The position numbers and the translations under genes are program-made. Under the pieces are notes generated by a model that was not told the DNA's origin, did no database searches, and saw only the letters and a list, made by a program, of their open reading frames with translations. A stretch of 63,830 nt of DNA, filler included, from Octopus bimaculoides (Eukaryota): the NCBI RefSeq assembly GCF_001194135.2. It is 6 parts of 6 records of this genome, joined end to end, with 100 filler letters (N's around TTAATTAATTAA, not from the genome) between each part and the next. Parts side by side here need not be neighbours in the genome. Positions count along the whole stretch, not along the records: positions 1 to 22,275 come from NC_068985.1; positions 22,376 to 36,411 come from NC_068981.1; 4 more parts are not named here. The stretch is one strand, 5' to 3'. Every line of letters starts with the position of its first letter. The first letter of the stretch is position 1. Positions 12,329 to 25,636 of this stretch are shown in pieces.

Positions 12329-15300
12329 CTGAAAAAAAAAAGAAAAAAAATTTTTTATCAAAATTACAATACAAAAATCAATATAAAACCAAAAATTAAT
12401 TTATTCCATCACGATTACATTTATAGAAATCAGCAAATACAGAAATTACAATTGAAAATTTTAATATTTTAAACATGTTTAGATGTTGTTCTAGTTACAA
12501 TAAAAACTTTCATAAAAATTAACTGTATTTCCATAACTTCTTGTGTCAGATTAATAATTTTTCAACATATTGTAATCATATAAAATTAAGTGTAAACCTA
12601 TTATAGTAAAATACATAATTTTAGTTGTTATCAAAAGCACTGGTAAATTAAGCAATCTAAGAATTATGAAGACAATAGAGTTTTGCTAAAATGTGTGTGC
12701 TTGAAACATTAAGCAACAAATTGTTTTTTTTATTTCCCACAAGGGGACAACACAGAAGGGGTATTAAGCAACAAACGAAGAGCAGAAAGCCCAGAGGCAG
12801 CTGGCATGAAAAAGGTAGAGAAATTATAGATAAATAGTGTAGAAGTTGACGTATAGACTAAAGCACACAAAATTTATTACAATTTCTCTTAAATAGAGAA
12901 AGAGAACAAAAACCTAACAATAATTGTTAGGGATCTTCAAAGAAAAACAGAGATAATTTCTAGAAATTACAAAAGTATTCTCATATAATTTTGAAAATTT
13001 ACACTCTTTGAGGATAAAAATTGATCTCAGATTTTCCTCTACACATGGAAATTAACTCTAAGAGACGAATTTATATTTATGACAAATTATCTCCCTTTTT
13101 CTTTTGAGAATAACTATTATCAAGTTCTTTTTTTTTCTTTATCTAACAGTGACAGTAATTTCAATTTATTGGGAAACGTGTTTTTCACTCAATATCTGGT
13201 CCCTTTACTTGTTTATCTAAATTTTTATAATTAGTCCACTCAAGTTGTTTCCTTTAGCTTATTTTAGTTATTAATTTTTTTCAATTAGAGACATTATAAT
13301 CAAAAAAGGAAATGAGTGGATGGAAGAATTGTAACATTAGAATTACTATAGATACTCTTGTGTAGTAACATTATTTATTAGAATGCTGTTAACCATTCCA
13401 CTGTTTCAATGCTAGAATCAAAAATATGTTAGTGACAAATAAAGATTTTCAAATGGTTTAGTTAACTTCATATATTTTCTAGCATAATTTGATAAAATAT
13501 ATATATAAACAACCAATAGGTGAAGATCTGGTTTGAAAACTAAGTTTGGCCTCAGGAGCAACCAGCTTTGGAAAACTACTTAGAGAAGTCTCACCCTATG
13601 CGTTTTAACACACACACACATTTGGATAATGATAAACCTCATTTACAAGAAAGGTCTTCATACACTGATATTATTATATTTATGTGAGATGTTTCACACA
13701 CTGACATTTATGCGGGATGTAAATAAATGTCACCATAGCCCAATCAGGACCAATATGAACACACACAAGCACAAACACGCACAATGGGTCCTCATTAGTG
13801 AACTGCTAACTCAAGGCTATAGTAGAAAAAACTTGCCCCAGATTCCCTGCAAAAGGACCAAATTTGATACCATGTGGTTACAAAGCAAACTTCTTAACCA
13901 CACCATCTGATAAATAAAACATCTTGTTCAAAGAAACAAGATTTTTTAATAACACTTAATTCTGTATATTCCTTAAGCTTTTCTTTTAAATTATCCTTAA
14001 AAGTATATATCATTATCAATGATTACCATCATCATTACTGTACTAATTCAGATATTAAACTGAAGTGAATTAATCCAATAATGAAAATAAAATTTTTAAA
14101 ATAAACTTTATTTCTTAATGAATATTCTCTCAAAGCTAAAATTTCATTTTAATTAGAAACAAGCAGATTTTTGTGCAATGGCCAAAACCTAAGTTATGTA
14201 AGATTAACTAAGGAGAAGTTTCATGTTTTAATCCCTAAATCTAAGAATAGCAGATCTTATGATTCAAGGCAAAGAATTTCAATCTAATGAATCTGTGATC
14301 AGCTTCTTTTCTATCATAGTAGTACAAACAAAGCTAGTGGGACTATTCAATAAAAATGTTGACGTTGGGGTTGTTTTATGACACTGAAAAATTCCTTTGT
14401 AAGGATTTTAACAGAATCGATAAAATTTAAAGTTACTGAAATAAAAGTAAAACATAAACAACTATTTTTATATTCTGAGTGACATAAAGAAAATCCTCTT
14501 CTTCACAAATTAACGTTCAAACTTAATTAGTGTATATATATATATTATATATATATATAATGTTAAACTAATACAGCATTTAAAACTTTTCCTTCCCATG
14601 TTGTTGCGTTCATTTTCATGTATGATGCCTTCATAGTGTGTGTGTGTGTAATATAACTAATGTATATTTTTGAAACTAATATTTTTGGATTATACTTTTA
14701 TTATCAAAACGTTTGTTGCAGTTTTCTAATATTTTTTAATCACGCAAGAGTTGGATAGATTTTTTAGGAAATGGAGCATTATAATATTTATATCATTCCC
14801 AAGAATATTAGCAGCAGAAAAAGTGAAATGGCATCACATATGATTTCATATGTGATGCAGGTTTAACTTGCCATCTTACCTCTACTTTCTATGTGTACAT
14901 GGTTCAATATCAACCAATATCGATTCTCTTAATGTTACATGGCATAATTATGAAGCTAGTATTCAACTACAAATCAGATGTTTTGCCAACAAAGTCAATA
15001 ATGTAAAAAACAGTAAGATATTGTGGTTTACAGAAGACACATGCCCTCCCAATTTAATACAGATATATACCAAAAGTACATATAAATGCATATAGAAGCA
15101 TCATGTGGCTAAGAATTCATTTCATAATCATATAGTCAGTCTGACCAATAATTGATAAGGGGGAATTTTATTCACAGAAGCCAAGCAAAGGTCCACAGTA
15201 TACATGCGCAAGTGTAAAACTAATGTGTTAATAAATGCAACTTAACAATTTAATAAACAGAGATTAATAATATAAGTACCAAACTAAAATAACTGCTGGG

Positions 15301-16462
15301 TTTGATATAACCAGCTAAAAAACTTTTAAGACAGTGACTCATTATGGTTGCAGCCAAATTACTAAAACCAGTAAAAGAACATACACAACTATTTACAACC
15401 AATTTCTAATTTATTCAGCAACTTTGTTGGTCTTACATCTCTTAATTCATACTTTAATTATATTTCATTTAGAGTCAGTTTTCATCTGTATATTGATACC
15501 TTATTCCATTCTGTAACTTGCCACAACTAAGTTGTTAAGTAGACTTTAAATGAATCATATGATTAAATCTCTAAATATCTGAGATGAGTCATTTATAATA
15601 AGATTATAATTTTTCAGACAAAAGACTCCATCTTTAATTAGGTCAGTGGTGTACCTTGTAATGAGCTTTTATTACTCTTAGTTTTAGAATAAGAGTTTCT
15701 AGTTCAAATCCAACTAAGTACATACATGAATAAGATATCTGCTGATTACAGATCCAATTATTTGAAACTGTAAATGTATATATAAAAATTATCGCTCATC
15801 TCTGAGGATGAAGTTGATAGCCTATAAACTTTTAATTTTATGATTCGTACAATATGTTAATGGAGAGATAAATTTAGAGTGTCTACAAAATGTATAATTC
15901 ATCTTCATTGTTGCAATTTTACTTGAGTGTATTGTTTACAGATATACACTGATTAACAGTTTATAAAAAGAAAATCAAATTATTTATACAGTAGTCCCTC
16001 GACAGCTCTGATCAAGCACCACACTGACCAAACACTCTAACAACATTATACAAGATGTTTGTCCCTTTTTTGTAATAATAGAATGTGAATTGGCTGCTAT
16101 TTTTGCAGGTTAAATGACCGTGTAGAGTTAGTTATTAACTTAATTTGTTTTTCAGCTAGGATAAACATATTGACTGTTCTGGCAATCTTTTTTTTTTATT
16201 ATAAGAAAAATAATTTAGTTATTGCAGATTATTTTCATTCATTTATTTAGTTATACTAATCAGCAATAATACATTTAAAGGATCAACTGTTGTCCTCAGG
16301 GATGAAGAATTAAAAGATTTAAACAATTCTCTCAACCCATTAACTGATATTCTCACTTACACCTTCAAATGCTGTACTAAGCTTTCAACTTCCCACTCAT
16401 TAGCAGAAACGGGACATACACAAAATTATTTTGCAAACACAACTTTTGAAAAATATATCTAC

Positions 16463-16588
16463 CTGTCTGTACAATTTTTCGGCATAGATCACCCTCACAA
16501 GTAACCAAACGAAAGGTTGTATTTTGAAAATGATCTCCACAATCTTGCTGGTGGAAAGAGTTGCATTCATAACATTTGATTCCAAAAC
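16463..16588 (-). CDS. Quiver/sleepless-family Ly6 protein, coding exon 2
   Basis: Acceptor tcttgtgtttcag|GT and donor ACAG|gtagat; 126 nt, phase 1 to phase 1. Encodes (G)FGIKCYECNSFHQQDCGDHFQNTTFRLVTCEGDLCRKIVQT, with the 'IKCYECNS' start and 'CRK' motif typical of invertebrate Ly6/QVR proteins and an NTT sequon. Not in the ORF track in this frame. Confidence 0.93.
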
Positions 16589-19500
16589 CTGAAACACAAG
16601 ATAAAATTCTATATTAGAAACACAATGTATGTGACCTAATGTACAGAATAATAAGGATTATTAAATAAACTGAGTTGAAATAATTGAAATTTTAATCAGA
16701 ACAAATTTATTTTTCATTCAAATCTAGACACATGTATAATTAATTAAAAGTTAGCTGTTCCATTATCATGGATATGGTGAAAAATAGAAAAATTCTAAGA
16801 ACTAAAATTTTTAACTTGAAAGTTGAGATTTTAATGCAATTCAAAACAAAGATTTAAATGTAATAATTTTTCATCTTTACTTTTAGTTTAATGTTTGAAA
16901 TCAATCTTGACTGGTACATAAATATTTATTTGCAATATTCTAATCAAATTGGAAAGCAAATTAAGAGAATCAAGACAAAACAAATATAAGCTGATTAGAA
17001 TTATCAACATATGCTACAAGCTTATAATTACTTGTAACTAGGTCTGAAGATAAATATGACAATAATCCGTTATTGTATAATATTTATGCAACCATATGTG
17101 CAAGATGTTATAAGAATAATGCAACAAAATGAAACTTAAGCAAGCAAAATATCAATAGTGATATCTTTGGATGTTGTAGATTAAAAAGCTTCCAACATTT
17201 TAAAATACAGCATAACAAGACTTCCAGTGAAATGAATCAAGTTATTTGTCAAAGGAGAAAAGGTCAGAGCAAATGTTGCCATTCCTTTTAAGAATTAAAA
17301 CACTGGTGAAAATGAACAACAAGTCAGTAGATCTAGGAACACAGGAGACAGCAATGTTTTACTTATGGAAATTAAAGACAACTAAACAATCAAGGAAAAA
17401 TGATTAAATAATGCAAACATAAAATAGCAAATTCAATAAACTGTCCTTTATAAAAAAAATAGTTGTCCTTGACCCAGGTGATCATCTACTCTCTCGCTCT
17501 TTTTTTACCTTCAGTGCATTACATTATTTGATGTTTCCTTTCTTTATATTAAGATGGAAAAGTGTAAATTGGCAGCTTATCTGCTACTTCTAGCAGATCA
17601 CATAATAGTTCCTTGGCTGGTTAATGAAAGAATAGTGTGTACTGGTAGGTTTTATTATTAGTTTATTGTACAGATAGGATGCAAGGTGTTTGAAGTAAAT
17701 AACTTTTCCAGGTCTAGCAGAAATATTCCGTCACTTCAAACAGGCTGCTTCCTCAGAACACACCCTGTTAATAATTGAAGTAATTTTAGAAAGTCTGAAA
17801 TCCCCATTATAATGTTAGCTATCTTGGGAAAGTGGGTTTTCTTGGTCATGGGAATATCTATTGTCTAAAAAAAAAATGGAACATTGATAGCAATGCACAA
17901 TGTATGTTTGAAAGAAAATCAAGTAATCAAGGGAAAAAAAAGAGATTGATAAAGCTGGCAGTTCTGTCTGGAACACCAGGGCTTATGTTAGGTCATCACA
18001 AGGACAGTTTGTTAATCTGCACACATTAGCTCTAATTAAGAGACTTTCAAAGATCTTCTAGCCATGACCAGTTCATCTTTTTAGATATCTAGGACTACAT
18101 TATTTAATGTGTTATTTTCTTTAGATGACAGGGTGTGTTTTAAGAGAGCTGCAAAGAGGCTCTGTTTATTCTAGTTTGTTACACTTTCTTGTCAGCATGT
18201 ATAGGCCTGAGCCTTGCCAATAGCTTTACCCTAAATAATTCAAATATTATCCCCTTGTGGTTACTTTTGAATCCAGCAGTAATCCTATTTTTTTATTCGT
18301 TTCAGTCATTGGACTTATAGGCAAGCAAGAGCACCATAAAATTTTGCATAAAAATTCGCAATGTGACTAAAATACAGTTTATTAGTTTCAGAAAATACTT
18401 CTTCAGGCTCTACAACGCTTGCATGGATTGTCAGCAAAGACTAAGGAGTAGTAGATATGTTCTGGACGAGGTAGAAATTAATGTAGTCTGCAGGGGAGGG
18501 GAATCGTTGGATAGCAATTGGGTGAAGATATTAAAAAAATAAATAGTTAGGTATATTCAGTAAGTTAAAATCGATCCAGAGGAAGCAGGCTGAGAGGAGA
18601 TTATTGATGGGAAAATAATTAATTCTGTATATGCACTAGGTCGGCGGTTGGAGTAAGACAACCGAATTTTGTTGAACGATCATAACGGATGATGGTGCAG
18701 CGATATATTCTGGGAGTTGGTAGTAAATTAAACAAATTAGATGAGTGATAGGGTAACATATTAATTTAAAAAATGGGATAAATGAGAAAAAGTATATAGG
18801 GATTAGGGGAATAACTGCTAGCAAACAGCAGATTAAGACCAGGTCAGAAAAGCTACATAGAGGTCACCTCTACTTAATTACCAGATGCATCATAGGCCAA
18901 CGAAAGTAGTACTCGGCATTCTAGAAATAACAGCTAAATCTCCCTCATATCAAAAACCCTACAATATAAGGAAAGTTCACGCTGAATAGTAACGATCTAT
19001 AATACAGTAAAAAAGACGAGATGGTCACAGTTTACGAAGCTTTGATCATGTTTTCTCAGTCAGGTCTATGACCTGGTTCTATACAACAATAACAACCAAG
19101 AGATAAGAAGCGGTCAGGGAACTGGGTGATTAAAATAAGAAAGAAAGGAAAACGTCCTAATTATGAAAATTAATATGGACCGTAAAGATGCTGTGTTATA
19201 AGCTATCAGATACGATTTAAACAGGCAAACATATTGAATAATATTGATTTCCTCAGATCTCTAGAGGAGAAATGGGACTATGCGACACTCGTCTCTTTCA
19301 AGGGCATTAACGACACTAGTGAAGTGAAATTGCTTTAATTGGGAATCGAAACAGCCACTAACCAGGCTTACTAGAAGCCTACTTCTCCTTTAATTATTAT
19401 CATTATCATCATTATACGATGCAAATTTGTGTTTTTAAGATTAGACATGAATATGAAAAGATTCAGTAAGCTCAATGTTTTATTCTTAAAATTTATGTTG

Positions 19501-20609
19501 AAATATAATTAAAAATTGGTTTCACTTCTTTTTTTTTAACCGCATAAATAATTACATATTCAAGACGTTCTATCGTGATTTATAATGATAACTGTCAGCT
19601 TTGAAGCAGCGCCAAAATGTTCAACAGTGAAAAATATCGATTTCCAGCAAAAAAATTTCGTGTTGCATCGAATATCGTTTTATGATACAAATATAGTTGC
19701 ATTTGTCTTCTATCCTCACTCGATGCTCCGACATATATATACTACGTAAAAAAACAGGTGATTTGAACGGCTGTGTCAGGTATTTATTTTAATTTGGACC
19801 ATCATTCGTTTTTACAGCTTCAGCAGCCGGACTCAAGGTGAATATGGAAATTTCACAAGGTCAACATACCTTGGCTATCTTATTTGGGTCAAGGGAGATA
19901 TTTCAAAGGAAGAATTAACATAACCAAACAGGTATTTAGATGAAATTTTCAATTTAAACTTTAAAATAAAATAAAAACCAGAAATATCAATTCTTTTCAA
20001 TCACATTGGTTTAACAGAAAATGCTTGTTAAATTCGGCTGAGATAGTGATCATCGACTGCTAAATTATTTTTCAGTAAACAAAATACCGAAGGGAAAATT
20101 ATTTAAATTACAAAAATAGTCGCTATTACAATTCGTTAATTAAATCAAAATAATGATGATAAATGTAGCGATGATCAATAAATATAGTGATGATCACAGG
20201 TAGGGTACGATGAAACTGAATTTATAGAGTAAATAATTAATTTTATTAGCAACAGATATGACAACTGAAGATTTGATTGTTTAGATTCGAAAGTGTCACA
20301 TTCGTGAGTAAGTCTTAATTGTTGGCTAGTCCTTCATTTAGTTAGGTCACATAGGTAAAAAAAAAAAAAAGCAGAATTATAGGAAATATATTGCAAATTA
20401 CCCAACATGACTTTTAACCAAATCAGTAATAATACTTCCCACCTTAATTAGAAACCAATTTTAATGTATTTAACAATGAGAAAATAATGAAAGGTAATTA
20501 GTTAACGATACGTTGTCGTCCTTCCCATATTTAATAAAGAGGAAGTATGATCAAGTAGTGTATGAGAAACATTAATTGTGACAGAGAGGATTGAATAGGA
20601 CCGACTTAC

Positions 20610-20670
20610 CAGATTGTATATAGATAACTGCAACCAAGAAAAATACGGAGATGATATGAGATAACTTCAT
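20610..20670 (-). CDS. Quiver/sleepless-family Ly6 (three-finger) protein, coding exon 1 (signal peptide)
   Basis: Minus strand reads ATG AAG TTA TCT ... CAA TCT G|gtaagt = MKLSHIISVFFLVAVIYIQS, a basic N-terminus plus hydrophobic core. It ends at a consensus donor in phase 1, matching exon 2. Confidence 0.88.
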
Positions 20671-20759
20671 GATGATTAATATTGGACTGCTAGGATAGCG
20701 TCAATAGAGTAGAACGCTCGGAACCTCAAGTGATGGAAAGACACTGTCTATGAATATGT

Positions 20760-20860
20760 GTGAGAAACGTAATCGACGACGTCATTGTTAAGCAGCCAAT
20801 CAATAGCTATCGTTTGCAATCCCCCCCACCATCTTCCACCTACGTACCCGTTATCGAACC
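20760..20860 (-). promoter_or_regulatory. Candidate proximal promoter of the Ly6 gene (CCAAT box and CRE-like site)
   Basis: Locally CpG-enriched patch with GACGTCA (20778-20784) and AGCCAATCA (CCAAT at 20796-20800), about 110-130 bp upstream of the ATG. Confidence 0.35.
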
Positions 20861-21304
20861 GATATGAAAGCTCGTAAGTGCTTTTGTTCTGCTAAGATAT
20901 AAATAAATTCAGTGCGGGATACCTTGATGGTGAATATAGCAGACTTATGATTTAAACTATTCCAAACGTTATCATCTTGCCCTTTTACTTGTCAGGGATT
21001 ATATTGTCCAATTTATGGTAGTGAAGAGGTGTGATGAAAATTTATCTGCTGTTTCTAGCAGGTCGATCGCCCCGATGGATGCTCTCTCTGTCTTTGGGTC
21101 GTGTATATATGTTATTGTTTAACTTAAGGTTAGGGCTCATATCAGAGAAGAGAAGAGCGTAGAGTTAGTCGTCTCTGTTACAGGTGTGAAGAGGCGCAAA
21201 ATTTTCTCCGATCTATAATTAAGGTAAAAGTACTATTTACACCAGAAGTACTATTTACCCCAGAACACTTGCTGCGTCACTGATGCTGCCTTAAGAGTGA
21301 AGGC

Positions 21305-22275
21305 AAATTTTTTTATTACCCACAAGGGGCGACATAGAGGGGACGATACAACCTGATTTGGGGTCAGATGAAAACGGATGAATTAACAGAAACATGCATT
21401 TAAAAATTTTACAATGAAATCGAAATATAATCGGATGATGAGNNNNNNNNNNNNNNNNNNNNNNNNNNNNNNNNNNNNNNNNNNNNNNNNNNNNNNNNNN
21501 NNNNNNNNNNNNNNNNNNNNNNNNNNNNNNNNNNNNNNNNNNNNNNNNNNNNNNNNNNNNNNNNNNNNNNNNNNNNNNNNNNNNNNNNNNNNNNNNNNNN
21601 NNNNNNNNNNNNNNNNNNNNNNNNNNNNNNNNNNNNNNNNNNNNNNNNNNNNNNNNNNNNNNNNNNNNNNNNNNNNNNNNNNNNNNNNNNNNNNNNNNNN
21701 NNNNNNNNNNNNTGACAACAGTTGTTCAGCACATACCCACACCTCTGACACCTCCGAACATTGTACAATAGCGTGCGGGACGGTTTCCCTGTCCCGCTCG
21801 CATCTTGGACAAGTCGGAGGGACGGCGCAACCATGTCTTGCGAGTTTGTCCCGAACGGGTAAGGCCCCTCGGTAACACTGCCATGCCAGAGACTTCTGAA
21901 AATTATCCAGGGTCTTTGGTCCGAATGTACGTCGGAATAGACTGGCTAGCTGATTTTCGTCGAGACCTAGGGTTTCCCCTAAGGTGTCATCACATTTCGC
22001 CTCTACAAGCCCTCTATAGAAGAATGCGGTGGAACCCCCACCGCAGGCATTGCACAAGCGACGGAATAGCAGGAGTGCTTTGCGACACTCCGTGTACCAT
22101 GTACCTAACTTCGATCTTCGATTCAACCAGGTTTCCCATCCACCGAAACTAGTGAACTTGGGAAACATCTGTTTCGCCAGCGGAGACCACACCCGTTCAC
22201 CATCCAGGTAGAGCGAAAGATGCCTCAACCTCAGCGCATGTTTGCGCATCAACAGCCAAGGCATCCCAAGTCCAC
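21305..22275 (-). mobile_element. Tx1/L1-clade LINE 3' portion (zf-RVT region), cut by a contig join
   Basis: LAWQCYRGALPVRDKLARHG...CPRC...ETVPHAIVQC zinc-binding motif; poly-A tail (T-run at about 21307-21314). Confidence 0.85.
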
Positions 22276-22375
22276 NNNNNNNNNNNNNNNNNNNNNNNNN
22301 NNNNNNNNNNNNNNNNNNNTTAATTAATTAANNNNNNNNNNNNNNNNNNNNNNNNNNNNNNNNNNNNNNNNNNNN
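22276..22375. other. Artificial 100-bp contig-join spacer (also 36412-36511, 56934-57033, 58597-58696, 62220-62319)
   Basis: 44 N + TTAATTAATTAA (stops in all six frames) + 44 N, identical at five sites. Confidence 0.97.
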
Positions 22376-22404
<29 letters not shown>

Positions 22405-22407
<3 letters not shown>

Positions 22408-23673
22408 CGGGTGGACAAAATAATGGTAACCCCTTAAAATTTCAAACAAATTCATATTAATATGGTGTAGGGCCGCCTTTGGCAGTAATTACAGCTTGCA
22501 TTCTACGAGTTATGGAATCGTGCAAAGTTTGAATTGTTTCCAAAGGAATTTTGGTCCATTCTTCAGCTAAAACAGTCTCCAGTTCTTATAGTGATGATGG
22601 TGGGAGACATCGGACTCCTTACTGGATTTTCTAAAATGCACCATAAATGCTCAATAATACTGTGGTGACCAGATAAGATGTTCAACTTCACTAGAATGTT
22701 TCTCGTGCCATTCAGTAACAACTTTAACTGTGTGAATTGGTGCATTATCATACTGGGAGATTGCGTTTCCCTCCGGAAACAGTTCTTCGACCAAAGGATG
22801 GATTTGATCGGATAAGATGTTTAAATAGTCTTGACTATTAATTCTGCCATGAAGGCAAACCATTGGGCCGGTGGATTTCCAAGATATAGCCCAAACACAC
22901 ACACCACCACCACCAGATCATCACAAATCCTCCTCCATGTTTAACAGTTTGAAGAAAGCATTCTGAGTCAAATGCTTCTCTTGGCTGTCTTCACACGTAT
23001 ACTCAACCGGTGGTCGGAAATAAGGTAAAGGATGGTTCGTCCGAGAAAATAACATTCTTCCACTACTCTAGGCACAAATTCTGTAGGCTTTTACTCCACT
23101 CTAATCGCTTTACAACGTTTGTTTTTGAAAGTAGTGATTTTCTGATTGCAACCCTCCCGTGAAATCCGACTATGTGTAGCTCGCAGCAAGCAGTTTTTGT
23201 CGAAAATGTGTTGTCGAGGTGGTCATTAAACTCTGCAGTCATTTTGGGAGTTGTACTTTTGTGATCCGTTCTAACAATTCGCGTAAAATTTCGACCATCC
23301 CTATCTGAAAGATTTAGTTTTCTTCCGGGGTCTTATTTCGACTAGGAGAGATTTTCCCTCTTTGTTAAAGGCTGTCATTTCTTTCGAGACAGTACTTCTT
23401 GATACACCGAACATTTTGGATGTTTTCGTTACGCCAGCGCCTGCCATACGAGCACCAACAATTTGACCTCTTTGAAAGTGCGATAGATGTGTCATTTTAA
23501 TGAATTTTAATTACCTTTTTCTGATGATATCTGAAAAGAAAGAGCAATTTTAGTTAAACATTAAGGAACACTAATAATAAATCAAAAAGCATAAAAATAA
23601 ACAAGCTTTTGACGGATATTTTAAAAGTATGATGCTATGATACTAGGTGTTTCCATTATTGTGTCCAACCCTG
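22405..23673 (-). mobile_element. Near full-length degenerate Tc1-family DNA transposon (1269 bp)
   Basis: TIRs CAGCGGGTGGACAAAATAATGG and CCATTATTGTGTCCAACCCTG with TA flanks. HTH MTHLSHFQRGQIVGARMAG...FGVSRSTVSK; catalytic region ...YLNILSDQIHP...QYDNAPIH...HLIWSPQ, broken by frameshifts. Confidence 0.92.
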
Positions 23674-25157
23674 TATATATATGTATATATATACGTGCTT
23701 CTGTGTGTCTGTATGTGCGTGTGCGTCTGTGCGTGTGTTTGTGTTTGTGTACGTGGGTGTGTGTGTGAGTATGCAAGAGAGTGTGAATATCGGTTTCAAG
23801 AACCCTCTGGTAGAAAACCTTCGATCTTTCCTAATCATAAGGTAGACACACACACGCGCGCACGCGTATTGAGTCGAACAATATCGGTACTGCATGATGT
23901 ATAACTTGCTGTCTTTTGACAGAAAGTTATACATATATTATACGAGGATTTGGTATGATTACCGTTCTTTCCCTCCACCCACATAAAAAAGAAATAAATT
24001 AATTTGTCTTAAAAGAAATGAAATAAATCAAACATATAAAATATACAAGGAAATTCCAATAGATTTGACACGTTTTATATTGCATTATGTTAGCTAGAAG
24101 AATTTAGCACTTCTACATAATTTATTCATGTAGCATTGCGTCATATCGGTAATGTGATTTTAAATATGAGACCACAAATATGAAGTACATCAGCAAATTT
24201 ACAAAGCAATACAAAACATCAGAGTTATACATTAGCACTTCATCAGAAAAATAGATATTCTCTTAGATTACTGAAAATTAGATGAAGTATTAATATATCG
24301 TATCTGAATTTAATATCATCGCGATTTTTTTGTATGCCAATTTGCTTTAATTATTTCAAATATTCGATTAAGATATTTTAATTTTTTTCATCTAGGAGTA
24401 CTTTTGAGCTGAACAGATGATAAGGTATATTGTATGAGTTCTAAAAATCTAGCTGATCTTTATTCTACAGAAATCTGTGATAAATGAGATCGTGTATTAG
24501 ATCATTCACGCACATTTACGAAACTACTATAGTAGAGTGCGTTGTAGAACAGAAAGTGCTCTACAATATTTGCTACTGAGTTTTCATAATAACGGAACAC
24601 TATATCAAGGTATTTAAAAAGCGGAGTGATGGTCTTGTGAACTGATGGCTTTCTTATATCACTTGGGTAATTTTTCTGAATAAACTGCCTATAATCAGAA
24701 AATACTACGATTGTGTTATTGGCTTGCATGATTTAATAGTAAGGAAAATGGAAAGTTCATTGCAGATCAGCTTCGTTTAGAAAATTATCAACATTATACA
24801 AATAAGTCTGAATTTAGGATTATTTGACACTTAGAATCGTCGGATTTTTTTTACGAATATTTATAACTGAGATGCCTGTGTGGTTAAGAAGCTCGCTTTG
24901 CAATGACGTTGTTCCAGGTTCAGTCCCACCTCGGAGAATTATTCACGTTGCCTCAGTCCAATCAACTGGCAAAATGAGTTGTATCTGTTGTTAAATTTGC
25001 CAACATTGCAGCATTCTTTGTTACGCTGAATCTCCCAGAGAACAACGCTAAGGCATGTCTGTGCAGTGTCCTCACCAACCATATCGTACTGGGCCGACTA
25101 ATGGCATTTGAATGAATTTGCCAGTCGGAAGCTATGTGAAAGACCGTGTATATATAT

Positions 25158-25555
25158 TACTGTACTTCGGGATGGTCATTTTTCTTTTTTTGTTTGTTAA
25201 ATAAACACACGCAGTGCGTATTTTTCTTCACTTATTTATTACTGTTTTTATTTTATTATTTTAAGTCATGTTCATTGTCCGGAAATCTCTCGCCACACAT
25301 CTGTGTCCTCTTCAGCGACACATTTTGCGTGATAATTTGATTTAATTATTTCAAATATTCGATTAAATATGTGTCGATTAAAAAGTGTTGCTGAAGAGGT
25401 CACAGATGTGTGACGAAGGATTTCCGGACAATGGACATGAGTTAAAATAATAAAATAAGAACAGTAATAAATGAGTGAAGAAAAAAAACTATAGTGTTCA
25501 TGTGTTTATTTGGCAAAAATAAATAGATAAATGACTATCCCGAAATACAACAGTA
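25158..25555. mobile_element. Fold-back MITE (398 bp, arms about 165 bp)
   Basis: tactgtacttcgggatggtcatt...ctcttcagcgacac pairs with gtgttgctgaagagg...aatgactatcccgaaatacaacagta; TA termini. Confidence 0.85.
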
Positions 25556-25636
25556 TCGGTTTTTCGCATCAGGAATCTTGCAGCACAAATTGATAAACGT
25601 ATGTACATACATACATATATATATACATACGTATAT

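Noticed and set aside
19818-19837. Possible 20-nt plus-strand micro-exon (tttttacag|CTTCAGCAGCCGGACTCAAG|gtgaat) inside the Ly6 intron
   Set aside because: No partner exons; such matches are expected by chance.
22320-22331. Recurrent palindrome TTAATTAATTAA as a biological motif
   Set aside because: Always centred in exactly 44+44 Ns; it is a synthetic scaffolding linker.
24502-24729. 75-aa minus-strand ORF MQANNTIVVFSDYRQF...
   Set aside because: No signal peptide, domain or splice evidence; the length is attainable by chance.
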